The notes: generated from the sequence alone by a model not told the origin. DNA of 64,000 nt from Polyangiales bacterium (GCA_038231275.1 JBBRLQ010000004.1:64001-128000), one strand, 5' to 3'; shown: positions 31,241 through 40,935, counted from the stretch's first letter. Numbers and translations: made by a program.

Positions 31241-31893
31241 AGGACGCGCTCTTCGGCGGGAAGATCCGGCTTCATCAGCCGGCGCGCGGCGATGGCTATC
31301 GGGTCAACGTCGACGCGCTGCACCTCGCGGCCTTCGCGGGCGTGCGTCACGCGCGCGTCGCGGTGGATCTCGGTGCCGGCGTCGGCGCGGTGTCGCTCGC
31401 GCTCCTCCACGCGGGCGCCGTCGATCGCGTCGTGCTCGTCGAGATCGATCAAGTCGCGGCCGATCTCGCGCGCAAGAATTTGAACGAGAACGGCTGGGCG
31501 GCGCGGGCCGAGGTCTTATGTGCCGACGTCGCGCGCGCCGCGCACGATCACGGCGGACATGCGCCGCTTGTCGTATGCAACCCTCCCTATTTCGCGCCGG
31601 GACGCGGGAAGGCCGCGACGCACCCCGCCCGCGCGCGTGCCCGGAGCGGAGAACTGCGCGCGTTCGCGGCCGCGGCGCGCGCATTCTTGGGGCGACGCGG
31701 CCGCGCCTGCTTCGTGTATCCGGCGGACGAGCTCCTCGCGCTCGCCGGCGCGCTGCGCGACGTGGGCCTCGAACCGAAACGACTGCGCGCGGTCCACGGC
31801 TCGAAAGGGCGACCGGCGCGGATCGTCCTCGTGGAGGCGCAGCCTGCCAAGCCAGGCGGCCTCATCGTCGAGGCGCCGCTGTTCGAGGGTTAG
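31228..31893 (+). CDS. tRNA1(Val) (adenine37-N6)-methyltransferase-like protein, about 221 aa
   Basis: LHQP...GYR.NVDA, SAM motif VDLGAGVG, amino-MTase motif NPPYF, LEPKRLR.V. GTG start is inferred. Confidence 0.8.
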   Translation: MAEVEDALFGGKIRLHQPARGDGYRVNVDALHLAAFAGVRHARVAVDLGAGVGAVSLALLHAGAVDRVVLVEIDQVAADLARKNLNENGWAARAEVLCADVARAAHDHGGHAPLVVCNPPYFAPGRGKAATHPARARARSGELRAFAAAARAFLGRRGRACFVYPADELLALAGALRDVGLEPKRLRAVHGSKGRPARIVLVEAQPAKPGGLIVEAPLFEG

Positions 31894-32035
31894 ACAGACC
31901 TAGAGAGACCCGCCTTCGAGCGCAGGGCCGTCAACGTCACGCCGTCGCGACGTGAAGCCAACTTCACAACCTGCCCGAGGACACGCGAATATCAGGGAAT
32001 TCTGCGCCGGCACGACCGGTGCTACGGGAGGTCGA

Positions 32036-33043
32036 ATGGACCACCATGCGCTGGGCGTCGCCGTCTGTCTGATCGGTCTGATCGGTCTCGCGGGTTGCTC
32101 GGGGGCAACCACGCCCGCGATCGGGGGCGACGCGGGCGCCCAAGACTCCGCCTCCGACTCCGGCGTCGTGCTGGCGGAGGCCGCCGCCGACGCCGCGAAC
32201 GCGTACTGCGCGCGGGCCCAAGCGTGCGCGCCCGCGTACATCACGATCGCGTACGGCGATCTCGCCACCTGCGTGCGCACCTTCACCGACGACGTGATGC
32301 GCGGCTTCGCCGGTCCCGGCGTGAACGCTACGCCCGAGTGGGTGGAAGGCTGCGCTGCCGCCGTCCCGCAAGCCACGTGCGGCGATCTCCTCGGTCACAA
32401 GATGATCGCCGCGTGCAAGTCGGTGCCAGGCTCGCTCGCCGACGGCGCCGCCTGCGCGGACGACGGTCAGTGCAAAAGCACGCGCTGCCGCGTCGGAGCG
32501 AACCAAACGTGCGGCGTGTGCGGGCCTCACTCCGCCGCTGGCGCGTCTTGCGGCGTCACCGACGACTGCGCCGACGGCCTCGCGTGCCTCAGCGGCACCT
32601 GCGTCGCGTACGGGGAGGCGAGCGCGACGTGCGACGCGACGCACCCGTGTCGCCCCGATCTCGCGTGCACGAGCGGCGTGTGCGGAAGGGCGAACCCCGT
32701 CGGCACCACGTCGTGCTCGGCGGCGAAGGAGTGCGATCTTCCGAACGGCGTCGTGTGCAACCCGACGACGACGACCTGCGAGACGTTGACCTTCGCCGGC
32801 CAAGGCGCGGCGTGCGGGCTGGTCGGCGGCCGCCTCGTGCAGTGCATCGGCCCGTCGGCGTGCGTGGGCGTGAGCGCGCCGAAATACCAGGGCACGTGCT
32901 CCACCGTCGCCGCGATCGGCGCCGCGTGCGACACCTTCGCGGGGCCGACCTGCGGACCAGGCGCGGTCTGCGATTGCGGCGTCGGGGCGGACGGCGGGTG
33001 CGCCGGGCGATGCAAGACCAAGGACCCTGCCGCCTGCAAGTGA
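32036..33043 (+). CDS. Cys-rich lipoprotein, 335 aa
   Basis: GGGAGG RBS, lipobox LAGC, PGSLADGAAC..QC.S..C and repeated G..C....C..GL.C units. Confidence 0.8.
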   Translation: MDHHALGVAVCLIGLIGLAGCSGATTPAIGGDAGAQDSASDSGVVLAEAAADAANAYCARAQACAPAYITIAYGDLATCVRTFTDDVMRGFAGPGVNATPEWVEGCAAAVPQATCGDLLGHKMIAACKSVPGSLADGAACADDGQCKSTRCRVGANQTCGVCGPHSAAGASCGVTDDCADGLACLSGTCVAYGEASATCDATHPCRPDLACTSGVCGRANPVGTTSCSAAKECDLPNGVVCNPTTTTCETLTFAGQGAACGLVGGRLVQCIGPSACVGVSAPKYQGTCSTVAAIGAACDTFAGPTCGPGAVCDCGVGADGGCAGRCKTKDPAACK

Positions 33044-33067
33044 GGCCGTCCTCTCCTTGCGCGTGCT

Positions 33068-33625
33068 CTACGACCCGAGCAGCCGATCGAGCGTGATCGC
33101 ACACGCGGCGCGAACACTCAGGTGGTTGTAGCCGCTCGGGTGCCCGGCGTGGATCGGCTCGAGCGTCTCGTCCGCCTCCGCGATCACGCTCGGCGCGAGA
33201 CCCCAACCCGTCCCGAAGAGGATGAGGACGGGCTTCCCTTCCGCCGCGATGCGCGCGCGTCCCTCGGAGAGGCGGATGGGCGGCGCCACGTCGCGCGCCG
33301 CGGTGACCCACACCTCGATCGCGTCGCGACCGCCGAGCGCCGCGTAGACGTCGGCGAGCGCGGGCGCGATGCGCACGAGGGCGAGCGCCTCTTTTCGATC
33401 GGGGATGCGCTTGCCGCTCGAGCCGTGCAGCCAATGATCGGTGATCTTGCCGACGAGCTCGCGCTGCGCCTCGATCGGGTGAATGAGGAAATAGTCGGTG
33501 CAGCCGTACGTTCGCGCGCTGCGTGACAGATCGTGGACGTCGAGGTTCGTGATCGCCGTCGTGACGATCGCCTTCTTCGCGTCGAGCACCGGGAAGTGCA
33601 CGAGGGCAATCGCGACCTTCCTCAC
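33068..33625 (-). CDS. SPOUT-class SAM-dependent RNA methyltransferase (trmD-associated), 185 aa
   Basis: [51 protein letters not shown] overlap with the trmD stop. Confidence 0.88.
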   Translation of the reverse strand: MRKVAIALVHFPVLDAKKAIVTTAITNLDVHDLSRSARTYGCTDYFLIHPIEAQRELVGKITDHWLHGSSGKRIPDRKEALALVRIAPALADVYAALGGRDAIEVWVTAARDVAPPIRLSEGRARIAAEGKPVLILFGTGWGLAPSVIAEADETLEPIHAGHPSGYNHLSVRAACAITLDRLLGS

Positions 33626-34338
33626 GCCTCCTCCTTCTTCTTCGCGAGGCGCGCGGCGAGATCGGGGCGGCGCTCGCTCGTCCGCGCGAGCGATTGCGCG
33701 CGACGCCACTTCGCGATCTCGGCGTGATTGCCCCCTTGCAGCACGTCCGGCACCGGCGACCCGCGGAACTCTTGCGGGCGCGTGTACTGCGGGTACTCGA
33801 GGAGGCCTTGCGTCTCGGGGCTGTGCGACTCCTCGCGCGTCGATTCCTGGTTGCCGAGCACGCCGGGCAAGAGCCTCACGGTGGCCTCGATGATCGCCAT
33901 CGCCGCGACCTCGCCGCCGGTCATCACGAAATCGCCGAGCGAGATCTCCTCGGCGACGTGCGCGCGGATGCGCTCGTCGAAGCCCTCGTAGCGGCCGCAC
34001 ACGAGCATGAGCGCCGGCTCCTTCGCGAGTCGCTCAGCCGCGGCTTGATCGAACCGCGCGCCCTGCGGCGTCATGAGGAGGCGGCGCGCGACGGCGCCCT
34101 CCGGAGCGTCCGCGTCGAGCGACTCCATCGCCGTCACCATCACGTCCACGCGCATCACCATGCCGCTGCCGCCGCCGTACGGCGTATCGTCCACGCTGCG
34201 GTGCTTGCCGAGACCGAAGTCGCGCGGGCTGCGAAAGCGCACGGCGAGCTGCCCGCCGGTCTGCGCGCGCCCCACGAAGCTCGTCGTCAGGAACCCCTCG
34301 AAGAGCGCGGGGAACAGCGTGACGACGTCGACCCTCAT
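33622..34338 (-). CDS. trmD: tRNA (guanine37-N1)-methyltransferase
   Basis: [45 protein letters not shown]. Confidence 0.97.
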   Translation of the reverse strand: MRVDVVTLFPALFEGFLTTSFVGRAQTGGQLAVRFRSPRDFGLGKHRSVDDTPYGGGSGMVMRVDVMVTAMESLDADAPEGAVARRLLMTPQGARFDQAAAERLAKEPALMLVCGRYEGFDERIRAHVAEEISLGDFVMTGGEVAAMAIIEATVRLLPGVLGNQESTREESHSPETQGLLEYPQYTRPQEFRGSPVPDVLQGGNHAEIAKWRRAQSLARTSERRPDLAARLAKKKEEA

Positions 34339-34859
34339 CCGCGCTCGACGCCGTCGAGCGTCCTCAGTGTGATGGCCTCGCCCGCGAGATCCATCTTCTC
34401 AACGATCCCCTCGACGAGCGGGACCTCGTAGTCCTTGCCGCCGTCGTCCGCGCGCACCACGAGCACGTCGACGGTCGGGTAGCTCTTGAGATCGCGCACG
34501 GTGCCGACCTGCGTCTCCCCAACGACGACCCGCGCGCCGAGCACGTCGCACGCATAGAACTCACCATCGTCGAGCGGCGGGAAGTCCGCGCGGCGAACGC
34601 AGATGAGGGCGCCGCGCAGCTCATCTGCGCGATTGCGATCCCCCACCGAATGAAGACGCATCAGGATCGCCTGGTCCGCGCGCCGCGCGCCGTCGACCGA
34701 GACCTCCTGCTCCTCGCCGTCCTTCGTGCGAACGAGCACCCCGTCGAGGTGAAGGAGCACGTCGCTGTCCTTGTTGAACAGCTTGAGCCGCAGCTCGCCG
34801 CGCACGCCATGAGGACGCGCGACCTCCGCGAGGGGCACCCACGTCTCGGGCGCTTTCAC
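34335..34859 (-). CDS. rimM: 16S rRNA processing protein RimM
   Basis: [30 protein letters not shown]-barrel; conserved operon position. Confidence 0.93.
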   Translation of the reverse strand: MKAPETWVPLAEVARPHGVRGELRLKLFNKDSDVLLHLDGVLVRTKDGEEQEVSVDGARRADQAILMRLHSVGDRNRADELRGALICVRRADFPPLDDGEFYACDVLGARVVVGETQVGTVRDLKSYPTVDVLVVRADDGGKDYEVPLVEGIVEKMDLAGEAITLRTLDGVERG

Positions 34860-34872
34860 TCGACGCCTGCTC

Positions 34873-35109
34873 CTAGTCGACGATGTCGAGGTGGGCTCTG
34901 CGGCCGAGCTTCGTCGAGACGGCGGTCAGGATGGTCCGCATCGACTGCGCGGTGCGACCTTCCTTGCCGATGACCTTGCCGACGTCCTCTTTCGCGACGC
35001 GCAACTCGATGAGGCTGTTGTGCTCACCGGCGATCTCGGTCACGACCACTTGATCGGGGTGATCCACGAGCTCGATGGCGATCGCACGAATCAGCTCTTT
35101 CAATGCCAT
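34873..35109 (-). CDS. khpA: KH-domain RNA-binding protein KhpA
   Basis: LVDHPDQV...DVGKVIGKEGRTA; lies between rpsP and rimM. Confidence 0.92.
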   Translation of the reverse strand: MALKELIRAIAIELVDHPDQVVVTEIAGEHNSLIELRVAKEDVGKVIGKEGRTAQSMRTILTAVSTKLGRRAHLDIVD

Positions 35110-35188
35110 GGATAGCTTTCCCGCGAATGACTGCGGAACGGCGGAACTGCGAAACGGACTCTCTACTTCGGAACGAACGAAAACGGGG

Positions 35189-35464
35189 CTACTTCTTCTC
35201 GGGCGCGGCAGGCGCAGCGGCGGCGGCCTTGACGGCGGCCTTGATGAGGTCCCTCACCGTGTCCGACGGCGTGGCGCCGTGCTGCTTCCAGTGCTCGAGA
35301 CGCGCCACGTCGTACGTGAGCAGACCGGTCTTACCCGACGGATCGAACGTCCCGATGTTCTCGAGGAAGCGGCCGCCGCGGGGGCTGCGGTGATCGGTCA
35401 CGACGAGCCGATAAAAGGGATTCTTTTTGGCGCCCGCGCGGGCAAGACGGATGTGCACGGCCAT
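35189..35464 (-). CDS. rpsP: 30S ribosomal protein S16
   Basis: [22 protein letters not shown]...[14 protein letters not shown]...GATPSDTV. Confidence 0.97.
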   Translation of the reverse strand: MAVHIRLARAGAKKNPFYRLVVTDHRSPRGGRFLENIGTFDPSGKTGLLTYDVARLEHWKQHGATPSDTVRDLIKAAVKAAAAAPAAPEKK

Positions 35465-35490
35465 GGGAACGGTTCTTCCTTGATAGAATT

Positions 35491-35564
35491 AGCACACGGT
35501 GACGGTGTTGGCGCGCCGTGTGCTCGGGGCGGCGCAACCTACGAGGAACATTGGTACGGGTCAA
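35491..35564 (-). promoter_or_regulatory. rpsP promoter and 5' leader hairpin
   Basis: Minus strand TTGACC (35564-35559), 17 nt, TAGGTT (35541-35536). Perfect 9-bp stem AGCACACGG/CCGTGTGCT at 35491-35524. Confidence 0.65.
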
Positions 35565-35622
35565 GTAGGTTTGGCGAAGGGAGGAGAAGCGGGACGCAGG
35601 GTGGCTCCTCGGACGCGCGGGG

Positions 35623-36066
35623 TCAACCGTTCACGCTCATCACCTTCGTCAGGCGCATGAGGAGGGGGAGGTGAAAGAGCATGCCTTCGATGCGAAACTG
35701 GCGACGAAGGAGGGCCCGAAACACCGATCGGACCAGCTCCTGCCCCTCTTTGTCGTCTCGGCGGGGGATGGGCAGGCCGCCCCGACGCGTCAGCGGCATG
35801 TTCGACAGGGCCATGATCGTGTCGGAAGTGCCGTAAATCACGACGTCCGGGACCCCCAAGACGCCGTCGTGGATGCGCAGGTCGCCACGGTCGAAGCACA
35901 GCGTAAGCGAGACCTCGGCGTCCTCCGCGACGATCGCCACGACGCCGGAAAGTGCCTCGAAATCCGGCATCTTGTGCGGATTCGTCTCGAGGTTCTGGCG
36001 CACCAGCTCGGAGAGCATGACGGCGAGGCCGTTCTCGCTGGCGCCGGGGGCGAGGGCGATGTCCAT
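35623..36066 (-). CDS. SCP2 sterol-binding-like domain protein, 147 aa
   Basis: DAEVSLTLCFDRGDLRIHDG...PDVVIYG...L.R.FRIEG pattern resembles SCP2-like folds. Confidence 0.6.
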   Translation of the reverse strand: MDIALAPGASENGLAVMLSELVRQNLETNPHKMPDFEALSGVVAIVAEDAEVSLTLCFDRGDLRIHDGVLGVPDVVIYGTSDTIMALSNMPLTRRGGLPIPRRDDKEGQELVRSVFRALLRRQFRIEGMLFHLPLLMRLTKVMSVNG

Positions 36067-36152
36067 CTTCGAAGTCACCGGGGCGGGGCATAGCACGTTA
36101 CCCGCGGGCAATGCAGCGCCCTAGGGCCCGAATTCCACGGAAATAGACGATT

Positions 36153-38729
36153 TTAGGGCCCTAGGGCCGAGTCTCGGCGGGCTCCGCCGTCGCCGAGCTC
36201 GGGGCAAACGCTCCGGGCGCGGTCGAGGTCTTTCTCGCAGGCGGTGACCGACCGTCGTAGCGCCTCGATGGCGCGGGCGCGCTCGATCTCCGGGGCCGCG
36301 CGCGGGGCCGTGAGGTCGCGGACGATGGCGGCCGCCGCCTGCTTTTCGGCCTCGGTTTGCGCTTCGGCGCGACGGTACGAGACGAAGACGGCCAGCGCGC
36401 CCAGGACGACAGAGGCCACGAGGGTCCCGAGGGCGACGCGCGCGCGAAGCTCCGCGCGGTGGGAGGCCGCGAGGAATGTGAGCGAACGCGCCTCGATGGG
36501 GACCGTCTTCCGAGCGACCAGCGCCCGTGCCGTCGCGAGCGGCAGACCGCGCCAGAGTCGGTCGCGTCCCGGCGTCGCGTCGTGCGAATCGGCGGCCACA
36601 GCGATCTCGGCCGCGAGCGCGCGATCGTCACGGAGCGCGTCGAGCCAGCCACGAAGCGTCGTCCACTGCGTGAGGAGCGCTTCGTGCGCCAGGGTGTAGC
36701 CGCCCGAGTCCTCGACCACGAGGCGCGCGCCGACGAGCGCGGCCAGGACGGCGTCACGCTCGCTCCGAGCAACCTCGCGCGCGAGCTCGCCGCTCGACCG
36801 TCGCGCGCGCGTCCCGCGTGGCGTCGTGAGCGCGACGAGGAGCGCCTTCGCCGCCGCCCTGCTCCCCTCTCCCTCCGTCTCCTCGAGTCGCGCCAGGACC
36901 CCATCGGCGTGACGGGCGAGCGCGCCGGCGATGCCACCGAGGTCGGCCAACGCCGCGCGCGTCAGCACCTTGCGCGTCCGATCCCGACGCTCCCACGCCT
37001 CACGCAACGCAAACGCGACGAGCGGCATCGCCTCGGCGGTCGACGAGAGCTCTCCCGAGAGCGTGTCGCGCAGATCGTCGTCGAGGCGATAGCCGTAGGC
37101 CGCGAGGGCGTCCTCCAGCACGGCCCCCCACGCGTCCTTGTCCAGCGGCGCGACGAGCTGCGTGCTCCTCAAGATCACGGGACCGAGCGTCGCGACCGCG
37201 AGGAGCGGGTCGAGGAGATCGCGCCGCGCCGTAACGAGCGCGCGGAGACCAGGGACGGGCGCATGCCCGATGCGCGCGAGCACCCTCGCGAGGTAGGCGC
37301 GGCCTGCGGCGTCGGCCACCGTCACGAGCTCTTCTAGCGCGTCCACGCAGAGGACCAGACCGACGCCGTCTCCCTCGATCGCCGCCACCAGCGCGTTGAT
37401 CAGATCGTCGGGATCGGCGGGCAGCGCCGGACGACCGAGCGCAGCGGCGAGCGCGCGGCGCGGATCGGAGCCAGGAGCGAAGCACACGACGCGGAACGTC
37501 GCGGGCCATGGACCGAGGGCGCCATCTGCGAGCGCCGGGAGGACACCGGCGCGCGCGAGGCTACTTTTTCCGCTGCCCGAGGGCCCGACCAGCGCGACGA
37601 GCCCGCGCGTACGAAAGAGCTCCAACGACGTCGCGATCTCCGCAGATCGGCCGAAGTAGACGTCGCGGTGCTCGCGCTCGAAGGGGCCGAGACCGCGGAA
37701 CGGACCGTCCGCGGGGAGCTCTCGCGTTCGACCACGAACGGCGCGCTTGAGCCTCGCGATTTCGACGGCGACCCATTCGGCGTGACGGGGTCGATCCTCC
37801 CTTCGCGGCGACACGAGCGAATCGACGAGCCGCGCGACGTCCTCCGGGACGTTCGGGGCCACCGTACGAAGGGGCGGGGGCGGCGTCGTGCCGAGCATGA
37901 TCCCCGGGATGAGCCGCGACGCGATCGGACCCGCGCCCATGCTGGCGGGGACGCGTCCGGTCAGGCACTCGAAGAGGGTCGCGCCTAGGCCGTAGAGATC
38001 GCTCGACTCCGTCGCGGGCGCCATCGATCCGAGGCACACCGGGTCCATGTAGCCAGGAGTCCCCGCGCCGTGCGCCTCGGTGCTCCCCTCGACGTCCGCG
38101 AGCGGCATCGTGTCGCCCATCACGTCGGGCCCCAAGATCGGCGAGCTCCGCTGCACCCGAATTGCGTGGTCGGCGCGCGCCGTCGCCGCGATGCCGAAGT
38201 CGATGAGCTTGACGATCCCGTTCGCCTCGATCACGTTGGCGGGCTTCACGTCACGGTGGACGAGGCCCACCGCGTGGACGGCGGCGAGCGCCGACGCCAC
38301 CGCCGCGCCGATGTCGAGCGCCGCCTCGACCGGCAGCACCCTCTCCTTGTCCAGACGATCGGCGAGCGAGCGCCCCTGAACATGCTCCATCGCCAGGCCG
38401 TACACCGTGTGTGTCTCGTCCTCGGCGATCTGGAGGAAGCGAACGACGTTCGGGTGCTCGACACGACACAGCGCCCGCGCCTCCTCGAGGATGCGATCAC
38501 GCGTCAGGCGAAACGTGCCGGTTCCGGTGCTGCCCGGATGATCCACGTCTGCGTCGATCGCGAACAATTTCACCGCGACGGTGCGCAGATCCATCGTGCC
38601 GTACGTCTCGGTCGCGAGGTACACCGGCGCGAAGCCGCCCGCGCCGAGCGCCTTCAGCAGGCGAAACGGACCGAGGCGCGGTGGATCCGCGTTGAGGAGG
38701 CGGGCAAGGACCGCCGAGCTGCGCGCCAT
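36153..38729 (-). CDS. Ser/Thr kinase fused to nSTAND1-type NTPase with C-terminal TM, 858 aa
   Basis: Kinase LGAGGFA, VAVK, HRDVKPAN, DFG, GTPGYM. NTPase PFRGL..F....YFGR, Walker A GPSGSGKSS, Walker B LCVDALEEL, AHEALL..W. TM near the C-terminus. Confidence 0.88.
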   Translation of the reverse strand: MARSSAVLARLLNADPPRLGPFRLLKALGAGGFAPVYLATETYGTMDLRTVAVKLFAIDADVDHPGSTGTGTFRLTRDRILEEARALCRVEHPNVVRFLQIAEDETHTVYGLAMEHVQGRSLADRLDKERVLPVEAALDIGAAVASALAAVHAVGLVHRDVKPANVIEANGIVKLIDFGIAATARADHAIRVQRSSPILGPDVMGDTMPLADVEGSTEAHGAGTPGYMDPVCLGSMAPATESSDLYGLGATLFECLTGRVPASMGAGPIASRLIPGIMLGTTPPPPLRTVAPNVPEDVARLVDSLVSPRREDRPRHAEWVAVEIARLKRAVRGRTRELPADGPFRGLGPFEREHRDVYFGRSAEIATSLELFRTRGLVALVGPSGSGKSSLARAGVLPALADGALGPWPATFRVVCFAPGSDPRRALAAALGRPALPADPDDLINALVAAIEGDGVGLVLCVDALEELVTVADAAGRAYLARVLARIGHAPVPGLRALVTARRDLLDPLLAVATLGPVILRSTQLVAPLDKDAWGAVLEDALAAYGYRLDDDLRDTLSGELSSTAEAMPLVAFALREAWERRDRTRKVLTRAALADLGGIAGALARHADGVLARLEETEGEGSRAAAKALLVALTTPRGTRARRSSGELAREVARSERDAVLAALVGARLVVEDSGGYTLAHEALLTQWTTLRGWLDALRDDRALAAEIAVAADSHDATPGRDRLWRGLPLATARALVARKTVPIEARSLTFLAASHRAELRARVALGTLVASVVLGALAVFVSYRRAEAQTEAEKQAAAAIVRDLTAPRAAPEIERARAIEALRRSVTACEKDLDRARSVCPELGDGGARRDSALGP

Positions 38730-38738
38730 CTCCCGAGG

Positions 38739-39296
38739 CTACTCGCCTTCGTTGGTGATCGAGAGCGCGGGGTTGTTGGAGGCCGCGATCACGGTGCACG
38801 TGACGCCGTCGCCGTCGGTGTCGCCCTGCGCTTGGACGAGGTAAAAGGGATCCGTCGGCGAGGGCGGGAGCACGCCCGGCGGCGGACCGGTCGCGCCGCC
38901 GCTGCTGCTGCCGCCCCCGGTGGGGATCCCGCCGATGCCCGCGACGGTCGCGTATCCGTACATGACGGGCCCGACGGGTTGCACGTTGAGGAGACGCCAC
39001 GAGTCGGCCGCCTTGCAGACTTTGCAGTCGTTGCCCCACGCGGTGACGAACGGTCCGGGGCTCGCCGCGGGGTAGTACGAGGCGGGCGTCGACGAGACGT
39101 TCGCGTAGACCCCGGTCTCGGTCCGGTACATCTCCTGCGCGTCGCGGATTTGAACGGTGAGGTTGGTCGCCTCGGCCATCCGCGCCACGCCGCGATACTG
39201 CCGGTAGGTCAGGATCGCCAGCGTCGAGAGGACGGTCGTGATCACGACCACCACCGACATCTCCACCAGCGTGAACCCGCGAGCCCGCGTCCTCAT
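38739..39296 (-). CDS. Type IV pilin-like protein, 185 aa
   Basis: Class III signal RARG|FTLVE plus hydrophobic helix, RMAEA..L..IRDAQE.Y, C-terminal AQGDTDGDG. Confidence 0.9.
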   Translation of the reverse strand: MRTRARGFTLVEMSVVVVITTVLSTLAILTYRQYRGVARMAEATNLTVQIRDAQEMYRTETGVYANVSSTPASYYPAASPGPFVTAWGNDCKVCKAADSWRLLNVQPVGPVMYGYATVAGIGGIPTGGGSSSGGATGPPPGVLPPSPTDPFYLVQAQGDTDGDGVTCTVIAASNNPALSITNEGE

Positions 39297-39396
39297 CGTC
39301 TTCGATGATCGTACCGACCGCGGACGTCCGCGCTTCCCGATCGGTCGATATGGCGCAAGTTTTGGAGGGTGTCCGGCGCTCGTGTAAGCGAACGCG

Positions 39397-40935
39397 CTAC
39401 CGAGTGAGCTTGCCCTCGGCGTCTCGGATCTCGAACGTATCGACGCCGATCGCCCCGAGCTGCTTCTCGAGCTTTGCGCGCGGCCCGACGACCACCACGT
39501 ACCCGTCCTTCGGATCGAAGTCGCGGACGGCGCGGGCGAGGTCCTCCTTCGGCGCCGTGTCGCGACGCGTGCTCGCCTTGGCCTCGTAGTCGGGGCCGAG
39601 CCCGAGGGCCGCGTCGCGGGCGAGGCGCATCGCGGCGCTCTCGGACTGCTCGAACATCTCGACCAGCTCGCCCCGCGCGATGAGGCGCGTCTTATGGATC
39701 TCGTCGTCGGTCAGCCCCGCGCGCGCGAAGTCTTCGACGTCCTTGAGCATCGCGCGCAGCGCCTCGCCGGTATGCTCGGTCTGCACGGCCGCGGACGCGA
39801 CGACGGTGCCGGCCCCCCGGAGCAGCGTGACGCGCGAGCTCGCGCCGTAGCTCCAGCCGTGCTCCTCGCGGAGATCCTGGTTCAAGCGCGACGTGAACGA
39901 GCCGCCCAGCGCGATGTTCACGCGCGACATGACGGGCGCGTCGGGATCGGAGGCTCCCCTCCCCGACCGGACGAGGGCGATCACGGACTGCGGCGCGTCC
40001 GCGCGATCGACGAGCGTGACGCGGGGCCACGCGCCGGTCCGTTGCGGAGGCGTGGCAGGTGGCGGCGGGGTCAGGAGGGTCGGTTTGTCGCCGGCCGGCG
40101 CCTTCCACTCGCCGAGCCCCGCGGTGAGCATGGGATCGAGCTCCACGCGCGTGACGTCTCCGACAACGACGAGCGTAGCCACGTCGGGCCGCCACGCGGT
40201 CTTGTAGAAGGCGCGTACGTCGGCGAGCGTCACCGTCTTGGCCGACGCGATGAGCCCCTCGACGGGGTGACCGTACGCGCCGTCGCCGTTCAGCACGCGC
40301 GACGCCACGACCTGCGCGACGCTCTGCGGCTCCCTCGCGCGCTGCGAGAGATCGTTGTTCCACAGCTCGTGCACACGCTTCCACTCCGCGGCGTCGAACC
40401 GAGGGCGCGCGACGACGTCGCCGAACAGCGCGAACGCCGGCGTGAGGTTCTTCTTCACGACCACCAGCGACGCGTGCGCGTAGTCGAGGCTCGCGCCGGT
40501 GTGGAGGCTCGCCCCGAGTGCCTCGAGCTGCTTGGCGAGCGCGATCGAACCGAGCTTTCCTGCCCCTTCGTCGAGCATGTTCGCGGTGGCCCACGCGAGC
40601 CCTGCCTTCGTTTTTGGATCCGAGGCGGCGCCCGACGACACTGCGAGCGTCATCGCGACGAGCGGCAGACCATGACGCTCGACGAGCCACACGGTGAGGC
40701 CGGTCGGCGTCGTGTAGACGATCGGCGCGGGCGGCGTGAAGGGCGCGGGCGCAGGCGTCTCCGGCTTGGCTCCCAACGGATCGACGTCGACGGGCGCGGT
40801 GGCGACCGGCGTAGGCGCGGACGCGTCGGGCGCCGGCTGGAGCGGCGGGTTGGCGAGGGGCTTCGGACCGCACGCGGAACCGAGCGCGAGCGCGAGGAGG
40901 ACGAGCGGCGCGCGTCGCAGCGAAGAGGTCCTCAC
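39397..40935 (-). CDS. M16 peptidase, non-catalytic subunit (lipoprotein), 512 aa
   Basis: Lipobox GSAC; GLAWATANMLDEG in place of HxxEH; SRLNQDLREEHGWSYG. Confidence 0.88.
   Translation of the reverse strand: MRTSSLRRAPLVLLALALGSACGPKPLANPPLQPAPDASAPTPVATAPVDVDPLGAKPETPAPAPFTPPAPIVYTTPTGLTVWLVERHGLPLVAMTLAVSSGAASDPKTKAGLAWATANMLDEGAGKLGSIALAKQLEALGASLHTGASLDYAHASLVVVKKNLTPAFALFGDVVARPRFDAAEWKRVHELWNNDLSQRAREPQSVAQVVASRVLNGDGAYGHPVEGLIASAKTVTLADVRAFYKTAWRPDVATLVVVGDVTRVELDPMLTAGLGEWKAPAGDKPTLLTPPPPATPPQRTGAWPRVTLVDRADAPQSVIALVRSGRGASDPDAPVMSRVNIALGGSFTSRLNQDLREEHGWSYGASSRVTLLRGAGTVVASAAVQTEHTGEALRAMLKDVEDFARAGLTDDEIHKTRLIARGELVEMFEQSESAAMRLARDAALGLGPDYEAKASTRRDTAPKEDLARAVRDFDPKDGYVVVVGPRAKLEKQLGAIGVDTFEIRDAEGKLTR

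Noticed and set aside
31228..31893. NPPY methyltransferase as a restriction-modification or defence enzyme
   Set aside because: Its size and N-terminal Q...GYR...D motif fit tRNA m6A37 methyltransferases; no nuclease is adjacent.
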